Shown here in pieces: positions 38,346-48,535 of a stretch of 64,000 nt of DNA. The position numbers and the translations under genes were made by a program. The notes beneath the pieces were generated by a model. That model was given only the letters and a program-made list of their open reading frames with translations, did not search any database and was not told the DNA's origin. The DNA is from Patescibacteria group bacterium (GTDB lineage: Bacteria > Patescibacteriota > Patescibacteriia > XYB2-FULL-38-15). The stretch's first letter is position 1; each line of letters opens with the position of its first letter. The stretch covers positions 64,098 through 128,097 of the forward strand of contig JBAZEY010000001.1 in NCBI GenBank assembly GCA_041653675.1, in the 5' to 3' direction.

Positions 38346-39587
38346 ATGCGCGTGGCAATTATCGGCGGCGGAGCAGCCGGCATGATGGCAGCCGCGACAA
38401 TCAATGAAAATAATCCGGAAGTAGAGGTTTTTTTAATTGAAAAAAACGAATCGCTTGGAAAAAAGGTTTTAATTTCCGGCGGCGGCCGCTGCAATATCAC
38501 GACTGGAATCGCGGATATAAAAATCGTGCTTAAAAATTATCCGCGGGGAGAAAAATTTTTAACTCCCGCCATGCATCGTTTTTCGCCTTCGGATGTCCGC
38601 GACTGGTTTCTCTCGCACGGCGTACCGCAGCAGTGCGGCGATGATCTTCGCGTTTTTCCAAAATCCAACGACGGCCGCGACGTGGTCGGCGTTTTTGAAA
38701 GAATTTTTTCCCGCCATCGGACTAAAATACTTTTTGGCCACGCGGTTAAAAATATTGAAAAAAATCAAAACAGGTTTATTATTAATTTTAAGGAACAGCC
38801 GCCACTTGAAGTTGATCGCGTAGTTTTGGCTCTTGGTGGCGAAGCGTACCGCCACACGGGATCAACCGGAGACGGCTATGCGCTTGCTGAATCTCTGGGA
38901 CATCACATAAGTCCGCTCGCGGCCAGTTTATATTCTTTTGTCACGAAAGAGAAATGGCCGAAAGAAATTTCCGGCCTTACCATTCCGAAATCGGCGGTTA
39001 TCGTAAAACGTGAAAAGCGTTACCGGACAGCCGGCTCGGTTTTATTCACTCATTGGGGCGTCTCCGGTCCGGCAATTTTTGCCATGTCGTCTCTTGTTGC
39101 CTTTTTAAATTTTAGTTCGGCCGAACCGTTTGATATTTTTATTGATCTTATTCCCGATGCGTCGGCGGAAAAAATTATTACTGATATGAAAAATTTTGCG
39201 CGGGAAAATCCCCAAAAAAGCTTTAAAAGCACGCTGCATCATTTTGTTCCGCGGTCGCTCGCCGAAATAATCGCGCGGGAAGCCGGGATTCCTTCTTTAA
39301 AAAAGAATGCCGAAATAAGCAACGCGGAAATAGGAAAAGTTGGGCGATGGTTTAAGTTTTTGCCGCTTCATGTTGTTGGAGGAGGGGCAGGCGAAGAATT
39401 TGTTACAGCCGGAGGAGTGGAATTATCTGAAGTTAATCCACATACCATGGAATCAAAAATTTGTCCCGGGCTTTACTTCGCCGGAGAAATCTTAAACATT
39501 GACGGTTTCACTGGCGGATTTAATCTTCAGGCCGCCTGGACTACGGGACGCGCGGCGGGGGAATCTTTGGCTCGAAATGAGAAATAA
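38346..39587 (+). CDS. NAD(P)/FAD-dependent oxidoreductase, HI0933/BaiN family
   Basis: N-terminal Rossmann VAIIGGGAAGMMAA. Family-typical ...GRCNIT... and C-terminal GEILNIDGFTGGFNLQ. Confidence 0.7.
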   Translation: MRVAIIGGGAAGMMAAATINENNPEVEVFLIEKNESLGKKVLISGGGRCNITTGIADIKIVLKNYPRGEKFLTPAMHRFSPSDVRDWFLSHGVPQQCGDDLRVFPKSNDGRDVVGVFERIFSRHRTKILFGHAVKNIEKNQNRFIINFKEQPPLEVDRVVLALGGEAYRHTGSTGDGYALAESLGHHISPLAASLYSFVTKEKWPKEISGLTIPKSAVIVKREKRYRTAGSVLFTHWGVSGPAIFAMSSLVAFLNFSSAEPFDIFIDLIPDASAEKIITDMKNFARENPQKSFKSTLHHFVPRSLAEIIAREAGIPSLKKNAEISNAEIGKVGRWFKFLPLHVVGGGAGEEFVTAGGVELSEVNPHTMESKICPGLYFAGEILNIDGFTGGFNLQAAWTTGRAAGESLARNEK

Positions 39588-39598
39588 CCCGCCTGGAT

Positions 39599-39627
39599 TT
39601 GACTTTTTTATTGGTTTGAGTTATAAT
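39599..39627 (+). promoter_or_regulatory. consensus sigma70 promoter TTGACT-17-TATAAT upstream of cspA with ~70-nt leader containing hairpin GTAGAAA...TTTCTAC
   Basis: Read from the sequence. Confidence 0.55.
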
Positions 39628-39697
39628 TAACATAGAAAAGTTAAGTAGAAACATCGTCGAATTTCTACAAATAAATTATATTTATCGTTTCGTTACT

Positions 39698-39898
39698 ATG
39701 AATGGTACAATCAAAACTTTAGTGGTGGAAAAGAACTTCGGTTTTATCACCCCAGAAGATGGATCAAAGGATGTCTTTTTCCATGCCACTAGCCTTCAGG
39801 GCGCCGAATTCGGACAATTGAAATCAGGCGATGCTGTGACATTTGATGTCGAGCAATCAGAAAAGGGTCCGAGAGCCGTGAACGTTGTCAAAGCGTAA
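39698..39898 (+). CDS. cspA: cold-shock protein (CspA family)
   Basis: RNP1 motif KNFGFI and VFFHATS (RNP2-like), 66 aa. Confidence 0.85.
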   Translation: MNGTIKTLVVEKNFGFITPEDGSKDVFFHATSLQGAEFGQLKSGDAVTFDVEQSEKGPRAVNVVKA

Positions 39899-39910
39899 AA
39901 TCTTTGAAGA

Positions 39911-39950
39911 AAACAGAGCTGCTAAACCGGCTCTGTTTTTATTTTATTTA
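39911..39950 (+). terminator. rho-independent terminator (CAGAGC...GGCTCTG + T-run)
   Basis: Read from the sequence. Confidence 0.65.
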
Positions 39951-39979
39951 ATTTTAAAAAAGTGCTAAAATAATAGAAT

Positions 39980-42223
39980 ATGTTTAAACCAAAAATTTAT
40001 CTGCCAGTTTTATTTTGTCTCGCGGCCGGAGTTCTGGGCTTGTCTTTTTGGCATTTTGAAAATGGCGGGGAGGGGACAGTGCAATTAGCGGCGAGCAGTT
40101 GCTCAACCGCGCCCGTAAGTTCGACGACACTCATCAATACTCATCATTTGCGTACTGATACGCACGGCTACGGAATTTTTCCCACTAAAGACGGCGGATA
40201 TTTACTGACGGGCGACACTATTTGGGCCAACGCCATGGCGGTTCCAAATCCTTTCACAATTAAAACAAATTCTAAAGGCAGCGCTTCGTGGAGCAAACAA
40301 TACAGTAGTCAAAGCATGCCCGACAGCGGCTATGACATAAGGCGCCTCGCAGTAGAGACATCGGACGGGAATTTTATTACCGCCAATAATATTTTAGATT
40401 TTATTGACGCCGCCTACGAAAAAGTGTTGGAGGTCACCGGCGATATTTTGGTTACTAAACTAAATTCCAAGGGCACAAAACAATGGTCAATCATGCTCGG
40501 CGATTATAGTATTGATTGGGTGCAAGATATGTGGCCAACATCTGACGCAGGAGTAATTTTGCTCGCGCGATTTATGGAGACGGGTTATGGCAATGACATC
40601 GCCGACATTGACGCTATCCCTAAATACAGTGTTTTGATGAAAATTGATAAAAATGGAAAAGTAGTATGGACTAAAAAGTTAAATTTTGAGGCAATAGAGA
40701 TGCAATATCTCTCGGACGGCGGCTTTATCGCGCTCTCCGAGATTAGGCCGCCCACGATAGAACAAGAAGGAAATCCAATGGGACTCGAAACCGCGATCGG
40801 GGATTTGCCAACCGTTATCAGGTTGGATAAAAATTTAAATCTTCTCTGGGCCAAAAGTATAGAAATGATTCCGTCCACTATCAACAGTTCTCCTACAACC
40901 ACAACAACGCTTAGAATTTCCGGCGGAGATTTTCAAACAGTACAGGCCGCACCAGACGGAGGTTTTATTGCCTTCGGCTTTGCTAATCTTTTGGCAACGC
41001 AAGGGCTCCTGGGGAATTTAACCGGGATAACGTCTTTTTCCCCACAGTCGTTTATTGCGGTAAAATTTAATTCAGCAGGAAATTATTTATGGGGGAAAAA
41101 GTTAACCAGCGGCTCAATCGGCGGTCTGAGTTCAAACGATTTTATGGTGGCCAAAACCACTGACTCTAATTTTGTGATGATGCGGAGCGTGGTTCGCGAT
41201 AGCGCTGGATTACAGGCGAAATACAACGATGCCGGAGAAAAAGCAAAATTGGTAACGGAAAAATGCAAAGAATATAATTGTAAATTGCCGGGCGATGAAT
41301 ACGAGATTCCCGAAGTTAAGCCGTTTGCCGAAAGCTCAGCCGCCGCCGCTAAGTTGTTGAGTGAAGCATGGGCGGCGAATATTGAGTTAATTAAAATAGA
41401 CGCGGATTTTAATCCCAGATGGATTAAACAAATTGATGTGGAGCGGAATTTGACCTGGGAAGATATCCAGCCGACTTCCGACAAGGGTGTGGCGATTCTC
41501 GGCACCATTGAAACTCGCAAACAATATTATTATCTCGGCAGCTGGTATCCTTACAAGGAAGCGACATTGATAAAAGCGGATGTGAATGGAAATGTGGTTT
41601 TGCCCAGAGCTGTTGGTTTTGAAATGGAGGGTTATGTGGACGTTAGCTCGTACGACGAAGCGACAGTGGAAGATCAAAGTTCATATTTAATAACACAAAA
41701 CATGAACGTCAGCGTAGAAAGTTATAAATTAAATATAAATAAGTCAGTAAACGAAAAAGTTTCCACAATCAAAAATACTGTCCGGAATATTGCATCTTAT
41801 AAAAAAATCAGTGTTGTCCCGGTCTGTTCATATTTAACCTCAGGCGGAGCCTCTTCTGGATCGGGCACGACTCCGACAGCCAAAACTTGGGCCCAAATAA
41901 ATTATGATAATGCTAAAGAAGATACGCTTGATGGCGCGCGAGCTACAGAAATCCACGAAGAACTATTGCCGATCTTGAACCAGATTTTTAATAATCAGGT
42001 CAAGATGACGGATAGTTTAGCCAGTATGTGGCAGGATTATGTTTTTCCGCGCCTTGTGACGCGCGATGATGTTGTGACAGTTGAAAATTATTACAAAGGT
42101 TTAGGATATAAAATTGACAGTTCCGAGGGCGGAGATCTTTATGTTTCAAGGATCGGCCTGACAATGCATTTGGATTTTTCTATTACGAGCCAGCTAGCCG
42201 GAAAATTAGAAGTGACCTATTAG
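39980..42223 (+). CDS. large secreted/surface protein (747 aa), no recognised domain
   Basis: N-terminal signal/TM. Ser/Thr-rich segments and repeated aromatic/Gly beta-rich stretches. Confidence 0.45.
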   Translation: MFKPKIYLPVLFCLAAGVLGLSFWHFENGGEGTVQLAASSCSTAPVSSTTLINTHHLRTDTHGYGIFPTKDGGYLLTGDTIWANAMAVPNPFTIKTNSKGSASWSKQYSSQSMPDSGYDIRRLAVETSDGNFITANNILDFIDAAYEKVLEVTGDILVTKLNSKGTKQWSIMLGDYSIDWVQDMWPTSDAGVILLARFMETGYGNDIADIDAIPKYSVLMKIDKNGKVVWTKKLNFEAIEMQYLSDGGFIALSEIRPPTIEQEGNPMGLETAIGDLPTVIRLDKNLNLLWAKSIEMIPSTINSSPTTTTTLRISGGDFQTVQAAPDGGFIAFGFANLLATQGLLGNLTGITSFSPQSFIAVKFNSAGNYLWGKKLTSGSIGGLSSNDFMVAKTTDSNFVMMRSVVRDSAGLQAKYNDAGEKAKLVTEKCKEYNCKLPGDEYEIPEVKPFAESSAAAAKLLSEAWAANIELIKIDADFNPRWIKQIDVERNLTWEDIQPTSDKGVAILGTIETRKQYYYLGSWYPYKEATLIKADVNGNVVLPRAVGFEMEGYVDVSSYDEATVEDQSSYLITQNMNVSVESYKLNINKSVNEKVSTIKNTVRNIASYKKISVVPVCSYLTSGGASSGSGTTPTAKTWAQINYDNAKEDTLDGARATEIHEELLPILNQIFNNQVKMTDSLASMWQDYVFPRLVTRDDVVTVENYYKGLGYKIDSSEGGDLYVSRIGLTMHLDFSITSQLAGKLEVTY

Positions 42224-42388
42224 AGCTGAGCTGGTGGGATAGTGATAATAAATTTAGTTATAAAAATTACCTTCTTGAGGGTAATTTTTAATTATCCGCG
42301 GTTGGCCTTGCTATCCCTTGATTTTTAAGGCAGTTTCTGCTAGAATTAAGGAAAAGGAAAGTTTGTTTTAAATCTTAAAATTTAAACT

Positions 42389-43012
42389 ATGTTCAAGAAA
42401 TTTTTGATTTTGACCGCGGCTTTTGCCTTAGTTTTGGCTGGCGCGGGATGTGGAGAAGAAAAGACTCCGGCAGCAGAAAATGAGAATCAAAACGCAAATG
42501 TTATCACGGCGAATGTTAACGGTTCGGTTGTGGAGTTAGTTGAACCGCAAGAAGAAGAGGAAACTGGCGAGATGGCGTTTGTTGAATTTGTTAATAAAAC
42601 AATGGGCTACAAGATTGTTCGGCCAGATGGATGGTATTGGCAGCATCTTATCCAAAGAGAAATCGGCGAGACGATGCCTGAAGTAGACGATCTATTTGTC
42701 ACCGATCCAAATCCATTACCGCCGCTTGGCACGGGATATCTCGGGAGAATTGTGATTGAAGTTTCAAGAAGAAGTTTAACCGATTTAGAAAGAAATCTTT
42801 CTGATCTGACTTCGCGAACCGTGACGGTCGGCGGAATTTCCGCGACAAAGTATGAAGGTGTGCGCTCAAATGAAATGGTAGAAAATCAAAAATATATTAC
42901 TTATCTTTTTCAAAAAGATAGTAAAACATACCGGATCGCTTACACCATGAAAGACAGCACTACCGAAGACGAAGCGGTATTTACAAGAGTTGTGGAAAGC
43001 CTTAGTTTCTAA
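42389..43012 (+). CDS. lipoprotein, hypothetical
   Basis: Lipobox LAGAGCG. Preceded by terminator AATTACC...GGTAATTTTT. Confidence 0.45.
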   Translation: MFKKFLILTAAFALVLAGAGCGEEKTPAAENENQNANVITANVNGSVVELVEPQEEEETGEMAFVEFVNKTMGYKIVRPDGWYWQHLIQREIGETMPEVDDLFVTDPNPLPPLGTGYLGRIVIEVSRRSLTDLERNLSDLTSRTVTVGGISATKYEGVRSNEMVENQKYITYLFQKDSKTYRIAYTMKDSTTEDEAVFTRVVESLSF

Positions 43013-43065
43013 AATATAAATCAAAAAATTCCGCCGGGAGGAGGCGGAATTTTTATAAGTCGCAG

Positions 43066-43533
43066 ATGTTTAATATTGTTATTTTAGCCGTAGGAAAGAT
43101 TAAAGAAAAACACTGGCAGACGGCAGTGAAAGAATATTTGGCGCGGTTAAAGCCGTACGCCAGAGTTATTATTGAAGAAGTGGAGCCGGAACCATTTAAA
43201 AGGGAATCGGACAAGGAAAAGTCAAAACAAAAAGAAGGGGAGAGATTGCTCGCGGCTCTGTCTAAATATTCCGACAGTGAAATTATTATTCTTGATGAAC
43301 GCGGCCGAGAATTAACTTCGCCGGAATTTTCTGAATTTTTTAACCGCGAAGCGCGGCGCATAATTTTTGTTATTGGCGGAGCCCTGGGGTTCAGTGAAAA
43401 TTTTTCTAAAAGAACTTTTACTAAAGTATCTTTATCAAAAATGACCTTGCCGCACGAGCTTGCGAGAGTGGTTTTGTCGGAGCAAATTTATCGGGCGGCG
43501 ACGATTGTTACCGGGAAAAGTTATCATTATTAA
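43066..43533 (+). CDS. rlmH: 23S rRNA (pseudouridine1915-N3)-methyltransferase RlmH
   Basis: 155-aa SPOUT protein. MFNIVILAVGKIKEK...IIFVIGGALGF... Confidence 0.8.
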   Translation: MFNIVILAVGKIKEKHWQTAVKEYLARLKPYARVIIEEVEPEPFKRESDKEKSKQKEGERLLAALSKYSDSEIIILDERGRELTSPEFSEFFNREARRIIFVIGGALGFSENFSKRTFTKVSLSKMTLPHELARVVLSEQIYRAATIVTGKSYHY

Positions 43534-43536
43534 AGT

Positions 43537-44322
43537 ATGAATTTTTTTCATGCGATAATTTTGGGAATAGTAGAGGGTGTGACAGAATTCCTGCCGATTT
43601 CCTCCACCGGCCACTTGATTTTGGCGTCAAAAATTTTACAACTGCCATCAACTGAATTTTTAAAAAGTTTTGAAATTGCTATTCAGCTTGGAGCAATACT
43701 GGCGGTAGTTGTTCTTTATTGGAAATCTTTTTTTGTAAAACTTGAAATTTTGAAAAAAATAATTGTTGCTTTTTTGCCGACGGCGGCGCTCGGATTAATT
43801 TTTTATAAAATTGTCAAGCAGTTTTTGTTGGGAAGTGAAGGAGTTGTTTTATGGGCGCTGTTTTTAGGCGGCGTTTTTTTGATTATATTTGAATGGAAAT
43901 ATAGTGAAAAACCGGACGCCGTGGAAGAGGTGGAAAAAATAACCTGGCGGCAAGCGCTCCTCATCGGCGTTTTTCAGTCAGTAGCAATTATTCCCGGAGT
44001 TTCCCGCGCCGCCGCGACAATTATTGGCGGCCTTTTACTCGGACTCAAAAGAAAAACTATTGTTGAATTTTCTTTTTTGCTCGCCGTTCCGACTATGATT
44101 GCGGCTACCGGACTTGATTTTCTAAAAAGCGGAGGGAATTTTTCTTTGGGAGAATTTGGTCTGCTCGCCCTGGGTCTTGCTTTTTCATTTTTTACGGCGC
44201 TCGCGGCGATTAAATTTTTCTTGAATTTCATCAAAAATCATTCTTTTGTTTTTTTCGGGGTTTATCGAGTTCTTTTGGCACTCGCTTGGTGGGTTGGCGC
44301 ACTGTTTCTCTTGCGGGTTTAA
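43537..44322 (+). CDS. uppP: undecaprenyl-diphosphate phosphatase (UppP/BacA)
   Basis: GIVEGVTEFLPISSTGHL and SRAAATIIGGLLLG motifs. 8 TM helices. Confidence 0.8.
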   Translation: MNFFHAIILGIVEGVTEFLPISSTGHLILASKILQLPSTEFLKSFEIAIQLGAILAVVVLYWKSFFVKLEILKKIIVAFLPTAALGLIFYKIVKQFLLGSEGVVLWALFLGGVFLIIFEWKYSEKPDAVEEVEKITWRQALLIGVFQSVAIIPGVSRAAATIIGGLLLGLKRKTIVEFSFLLAVPTMIAATGLDFLKSGGNFSLGEFGLLALGLAFSFFTALAAIKFFLNFIKNHSFVFFGVYRVLLALAWWVGALFLLRV

Positions 44323-44335
44323 AATGATATAATGT

Positions 44336-45328
44336 ATGAAGGTTTGTTTGTATCTTGAATTTAAGCGATTTTTAAGAGGTTATTTTTATAAGAATGCGGG
44401 TACGGGTTTTTTATCGTCCTTTAAAAATTATTTAAAAGCGTTAAACTTGGCCGGAGTGGAGATTACGGAAAATTTGAAAGATAATTATGATATTTTACAT
44501 ATTAACATTCCATTTTTAAAGTCACTTTGGGCAGTCCGGCAAGCGAGAAAAAGGGGAATAAAAATTGTGATGTCGGCCCACGCTACGGCAGAAGATTTTA
44601 GGGGCGTTTGGCGGGTGAGCAATTTTTTGATGCCGCTTGCGCGCCGTTATTACCGATTTGCTTACAATCGGGCGGATATCGTCATTACCCCGACTATTTA
44701 CACCAAAAGTTTGCTCGAAAAATATCCTTTGAAAAAAAGAATCGAGGTTATCTCCTGCGGCGTTGATTTCGGAAAATATTCTCTGGCCGGAAAAGAAAGA
44801 AATTATCGTAAACCCGAAAAAGATTTGGTTATTTTAAACGTCGCGAACGCGATTTCGAGAAAAGGCATAGAGAGTTTTATAAATTTGGCCAAGGCTTTTC
44901 CTGATAATAAATTTTTTTGGTACGGAAAAATTTTTAAATCTTTTTTGTATAAACGACTGCCAAAAAATTTTCCGCCGAATTTGGAATTTAAAGGATTTGT
45001 GTCCGACATTTTAGCAACTTATCGGGACGGAGATATTTTTGTTTTTCCATCACATGAAGAAAACCAGGGTATGGTTATTTTGGAAGCCGCAGCGGCGGGG
45101 TTGCCGATTTTAGTAAGAGATTTGCCTGCCTATCATGGATGGCTTGTCCATAACGAAAATTGTTTAATTGCTAAAAGCGAAGAAGAATTTCAAAAATATT
45201 TAAATCAGTTAATTTCTGATGCGGAACTTCGAGCGCGGCTGGGTGTGTCGGCAAAAAAAATAGCCGAGTCGGAAAATTTAAAAATTATCGGAGAACGTTT
45301 GCGCGCCGTTTATCAAAGTCTAATATGA
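44336..45328 (+). CDS. glycosyltransferase family 4 (GT-B)
   Basis: C-terminal PSHEENQGMVILEAAAAGLPILV (E-x7-E region). Confidence 0.6.
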   Translation: MKVCLYLEFKRFLRGYFYKNAGTGFLSSFKNYLKALNLAGVEITENLKDNYDILHINIPFLKSLWAVRQARKRGIKIVMSAHATAEDFRGVWRVSNFLMPLARRYYRFAYNRADIVITPTIYTKSLLEKYPLKKRIEVISCGVDFGKYSLAGKERNYRKPEKDLVILNVANAISRKGIESFINLAKAFPDNKFFWYGKIFKSFLYKRLPKNFPPNLEFKGFVSDILATYRDGDIFVFPSHEENQGMVILEAAAAGLPILVRDLPAYHGWLVHNENCLIAKSEEEFQKYLNQLISDAELRARLGVSAKKIAESENLKIIGERLRAVYQSLI

Positions 45329-46059
45329 AAGTATCAATCATCATCCCGGCCTATAACGAAGAAAAATTATTGCCGCGGTGTTTAAAATCAATTTTCTCCG
45401 CCCGCCTTCCGGAAGATTTTGAAGTGATTGTCGTAAACAATGCTTCAACCGATCGGACAGAAGAAATTGCAAAGAGCTTTTCCGGAGTTAAAGTCGTGAC
45501 AGAATTGAACAAAGGAATTACAAGGGCCAGGCAAGCCGGGTTTCAAGCTGCGAGCGGCGATATTTTAGTTTTTTTTGATGCGGACACAATCATTCCTTCG
45601 GATTGGTTTCAAATCGCGACAGAAAAATTGAAATCTGATCCAAAACTTGTTGGCGTTTCCGGTCCATATCATTTTGAAGCAATTTCTTGGTGGGCGAGGG
45701 GGTTTGAATGGTTTTATAATTGTATTGTGATGCCATCCGGCGAATTTGTTTGGAAATATTTTTTGCGTCAGGGTGGAATAATGCTTTTAGGGGGAAATTT
45801 TGCCGTGAGACGCGAAGCCCTTGTGGCTATAAATGGTTTTAACACGGAAATAGATTTTTATGGTGAGGATACAAATCTTACGAGGAGAATGGCGAAGATT
45901 GGGAAAATAGATTACACCAATAAGTTGTTTGTTTATTCTTCACCGCGACGGTTTGAAGGAGAAGGTCGGCTGAAACTCATAATTAAATACATTATAAATT
46001 TTTTTGGAGAGTGGATTCTTAAAAAACCTATAAATAAATCTTACGAAGATTTTAGATAA
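45325..46059 (+). CDS. glycosyltransferase family 2
   Basis: VSIIIPAYNEEKLLPRCL, VVNNASTDRT, FFDADT (DxD). Confidence 0.65.
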   Translation: MKVSIIIPAYNEEKLLPRCLKSIFSARLPEDFEVIVVNNASTDRTEEIAKSFSGVKVVTELNKGITRARQAGFQAASGDILVFFDADTIIPSDWFQIATEKLKSDPKLVGVSGPYHFEAISWWARGFEWFYNCIVMPSGEFVWKYFLRQGGIMLLGGNFAVRREALVAINGFNTEIDFYGEDTNLTRRMAKIGKIDYTNKLFVYSSPRRFEGEGRLKLIIKYIINFFGEWILKKPINKSYEDFR

Positions 46060-46065
46060 AATTTA

Positions 46066-47448
46066 TTGAAAATTTTTAAAATGAAAAACGGGAATAACAA
46101 TAATCACAATCATGGTTACAAAAAAGCCTGGGTTGTTACTGTGGATATGGGCTACGGGCATCAGCGCGCCGCTTTTCCCCTAAAAAGTTTGGCTTACGGC
46201 GGAAAAATTATTAATGCCTCAAATTATACCGGAATGCCGCGCACCGATAGAAAAACTTGGCGAGAAAGCAAGAAGTTTTATGAATTTATGTCGCGGTTCA
46301 AGCGCGTCCCGTTAGTTGGTGAAGCGGCTTTCGGCATTTATAATAAACTTCAAGCAATCCCCTCGTTTTATCCCAAGCGCGATCTTTCCGATCCGAGTGT
46401 GCAGATTGAGCAGACAGCGGCCTTAATCAAAAAGAGAGAATGGGGGAAGCACCTGATCCACACCTTGAATAAGAAAAAAATTCCTTTGATTACAACCTTT
46501 TTTATTCCGGCTTTTATGGCCGAGGCCTGGGGATATAGCGGAGATATTTATTGTGTAATTTGCGATGCTGATATTTCCAGAGCTTGGGCGCCGCCCGATC
46601 CGACTCAAAGTAAAATAAAATATTTTGCTCCTAATTATAGAGTTGTCGAAAGACTGAAGTGTTATGGTGTTCCGGCGGAAAATATTTTTTTAACGGGTTT
46701 TCCATTGCCTGAAGAAAATACGGGAGGAAGGTATCTTGGAAATTTACGCCACGATTTAGGGATAAGGCTTACCCACCTTGATCCGAAAAAACTTTATACT
46801 TCAAAATACGCGCTGACGATCGATGAACACTTGGGGACAAAATGGCCGCCGCCAAAAACAAAGGGCCCACCGACCTTAATGTTCGCAGTTGGAGGTGCCG
46901 GAGCGCAGCGGGAACTAGGGGTAGAAATAGTAAAAAATTTGGCGCAAAAGATTAAAGCGAAAAAAATAAAAATAGTTCTTGTAGCCGGTATCAGAAACGA
47001 AGTGAACCAATATTTTAAAAGAAGTATCAGGCGTTTTGGTTTAGGGAGTTATCTTGGAAAAAATATTAAAATAATTTTTGGGGAAAATACTGATGATTAT
47101 TTTAGAAAATTTAATCGGGCTTTACGGGAAGTTGATGTTTTATGGACAAAACCTTCCGAACTTTCTTTCTATACCGCCTTGGGCTTGCCCATTATTATTT
47201 CTTCGTCAATCGGTTCGCAGGAAGATTTTAATAAAAAGTGGTTGATAGCTATTGGCTCTGGGATTGAACCCGAAGATGTAAAGTATGTTGACCAGTGGTT
47301 TTTCGACTGGATTGATTCAGGGTGGTTTGCTAGAGCAGCCATGCAAGGATTTATGGAGGGAGGAAAATATGGAACTTACAACATTGAAAAGTTTATCAAG
47401 CACAAGATAGCGGAAGTTAAGGCCATGAAGATGGTTTTGCAGTATTAA
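46066..47448 (+). CDS. MGDG-synthase/UgtP-like (GT28-type) glycosyltransferase, putative
   Basis: N-terminal G-Y-G-H-x2-A-A motif (DMGYGHQRAAF), similar to diglucosyl-diacylglycerol/MGDG synthase N-domains. The C-terminal half is less clear. Confidence 0.4.
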   Translation: MKIFKMKNGNNNNHNHGYKKAWVVTVDMGYGHQRAAFPLKSLAYGGKIINASNYTGMPRTDRKTWRESKKFYEFMSRFKRVPLVGEAAFGIYNKLQAIPSFYPKRDLSDPSVQIEQTAALIKKREWGKHLIHTLNKKKIPLITTFFIPAFMAEAWGYSGDIYCVICDADISRAWAPPDPTQSKIKYFAPNYRVVERLKCYGVPAENIFLTGFPLPEENTGGRYLGNLRHDLGIRLTHLDPKKLYTSKYALTIDEHLGTKWPPPKTKGPPTLMFAVGGAGAQRELGVEIVKNLAQKIKAKKIKIVLVAGIRNEVNQYFKRSIRRFGLGSYLGKNIKIIFGENTDDYFRKFNRALREVDVLWTKPSELSFYTALGLPIIISSSIGSQEDFNKKWLIAIGSGIEPEDVKYVDQWFFDWIDSGWFARAAMQGFMEGGKYGTYNIEKFIKHKIAEVKAMKMVLQY

Positions 47449-47456
47449 TTTTTTGG

Positions 47457-48458
47457 TTGATGTACTCCCTTTTTAAAAAAATATTGATTGCCATCGGCGC
47501 CACGATAGTCGCGATGGTTTTGTTTCTCGCAGTTTTATGGTTGCCGTCTTTTAATTCCCCAAAAGAAATTGAATTTGGCGTAAGTTTTAGCAAATCTTAC
47601 GCTGATTATTTAGAATTGGACTGGAAGGAAACTTACCTTGCAATTTTGGACGATCTTGGAGTCAAGTCAGTGCGGCTTCAGTCGGACTGGGATAAAACGG
47701 AATTATCTGAAGGAATTTTTGATTTTTCCGTGCTTGATTGGCAAATGGCCGAAGCGGAAAAGAGAGGAGTTAAAGTATTACTCGCGGTGGGGAAGCGCCA
47801 GCCGCGCTGGCCAGAATGTCACATTCCTTCTTGGCTTGCCGAAACACCTGAAGTTGAAATTCAAGATAGGGCGCTTGAGTTTATAAAAACAATGGTTTTG
47901 AGATATAAGGATTCGCCCGTTCTGACAATGTGGCAAGTGGAAAACGAGCCGCTTTTGAATGCTTTTGGGGAATGCCCTCCGGGAGATATAAATTTTTTAA
48001 AACGAGAAATCGCGCTTGTAAAATACCTGGATGATCGTCCAATTTTAATTACCGACAGCGGAGAATTATCAACCTGGCGTAAAACGGCACATCTTGGTGA
48101 TTATTTTGGCACAACAATTTATCGGCGCGTGTATAGCACCTATTTCGGGTATTTCCGCCATTTTTTTGCGCCAGCCTTTTATCGATTAAAAGCTAAAATG
48201 GTCGGATTATCTCCAGAAAAGGTAATTATTTCCGAATTACAAGCCGAACCGTGGATGCCGGACGGAAAAGAAAGCAGAGGAAGTCTTGAGGATCAAAAAA
48301 GCGTAATGGATGATGAATTTATAAAGAGACAAATTGAGTTCGCCCAAGAAACAAGGTTCTTTAAAGCCTATATTTGGGGAGTAGAGTGGTGGTATTGGGC
48401 AAAAACTCAGGGGGATGAATCAATTTGGGATATTGGGAAAAATATCTGGCAACCTTGA
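47457..48458 (+). CDS. TIM-barrel glycoside-hydrolase-like protein with N-terminal TM anchor
   Basis: Catalytic-acid-like WQVENEPL (NEP) motif. GH5/GH42-like spacing. Family assignment is tentative. Confidence 0.4.
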   Translation: MMYSLFKKILIAIGATIVAMVLFLAVLWLPSFNSPKEIEFGVSFSKSYADYLELDWKETYLAILDDLGVKSVRLQSDWDKTELSEGIFDFSVLDWQMAEAEKRGVKVLLAVGKRQPRWPECHIPSWLAETPEVEIQDRALEFIKTMVLRYKDSPVLTMWQVENEPLLNAFGECPPGDINFLKREIALVKYLDDRPILITDSGELSTWRKTAHLGDYFGTTIYRRVYSTYFGYFRHFFAPAFYRLKAKMVGLSPEKVIISELQAEPWMPDGKESRGSLEDQKSVMDDEFIKRQIEFAQETRFFKAYIWGVEWWYWAKTQGDESIWDIGKNIWQP

Positions 48459-48535
48459 TTTTCCTTTACAATTATTAAAAAAGTGCTATAATTAGATAAA
48501 AGTTATACACACCCTAATTTTTAACTTTTTAGACT

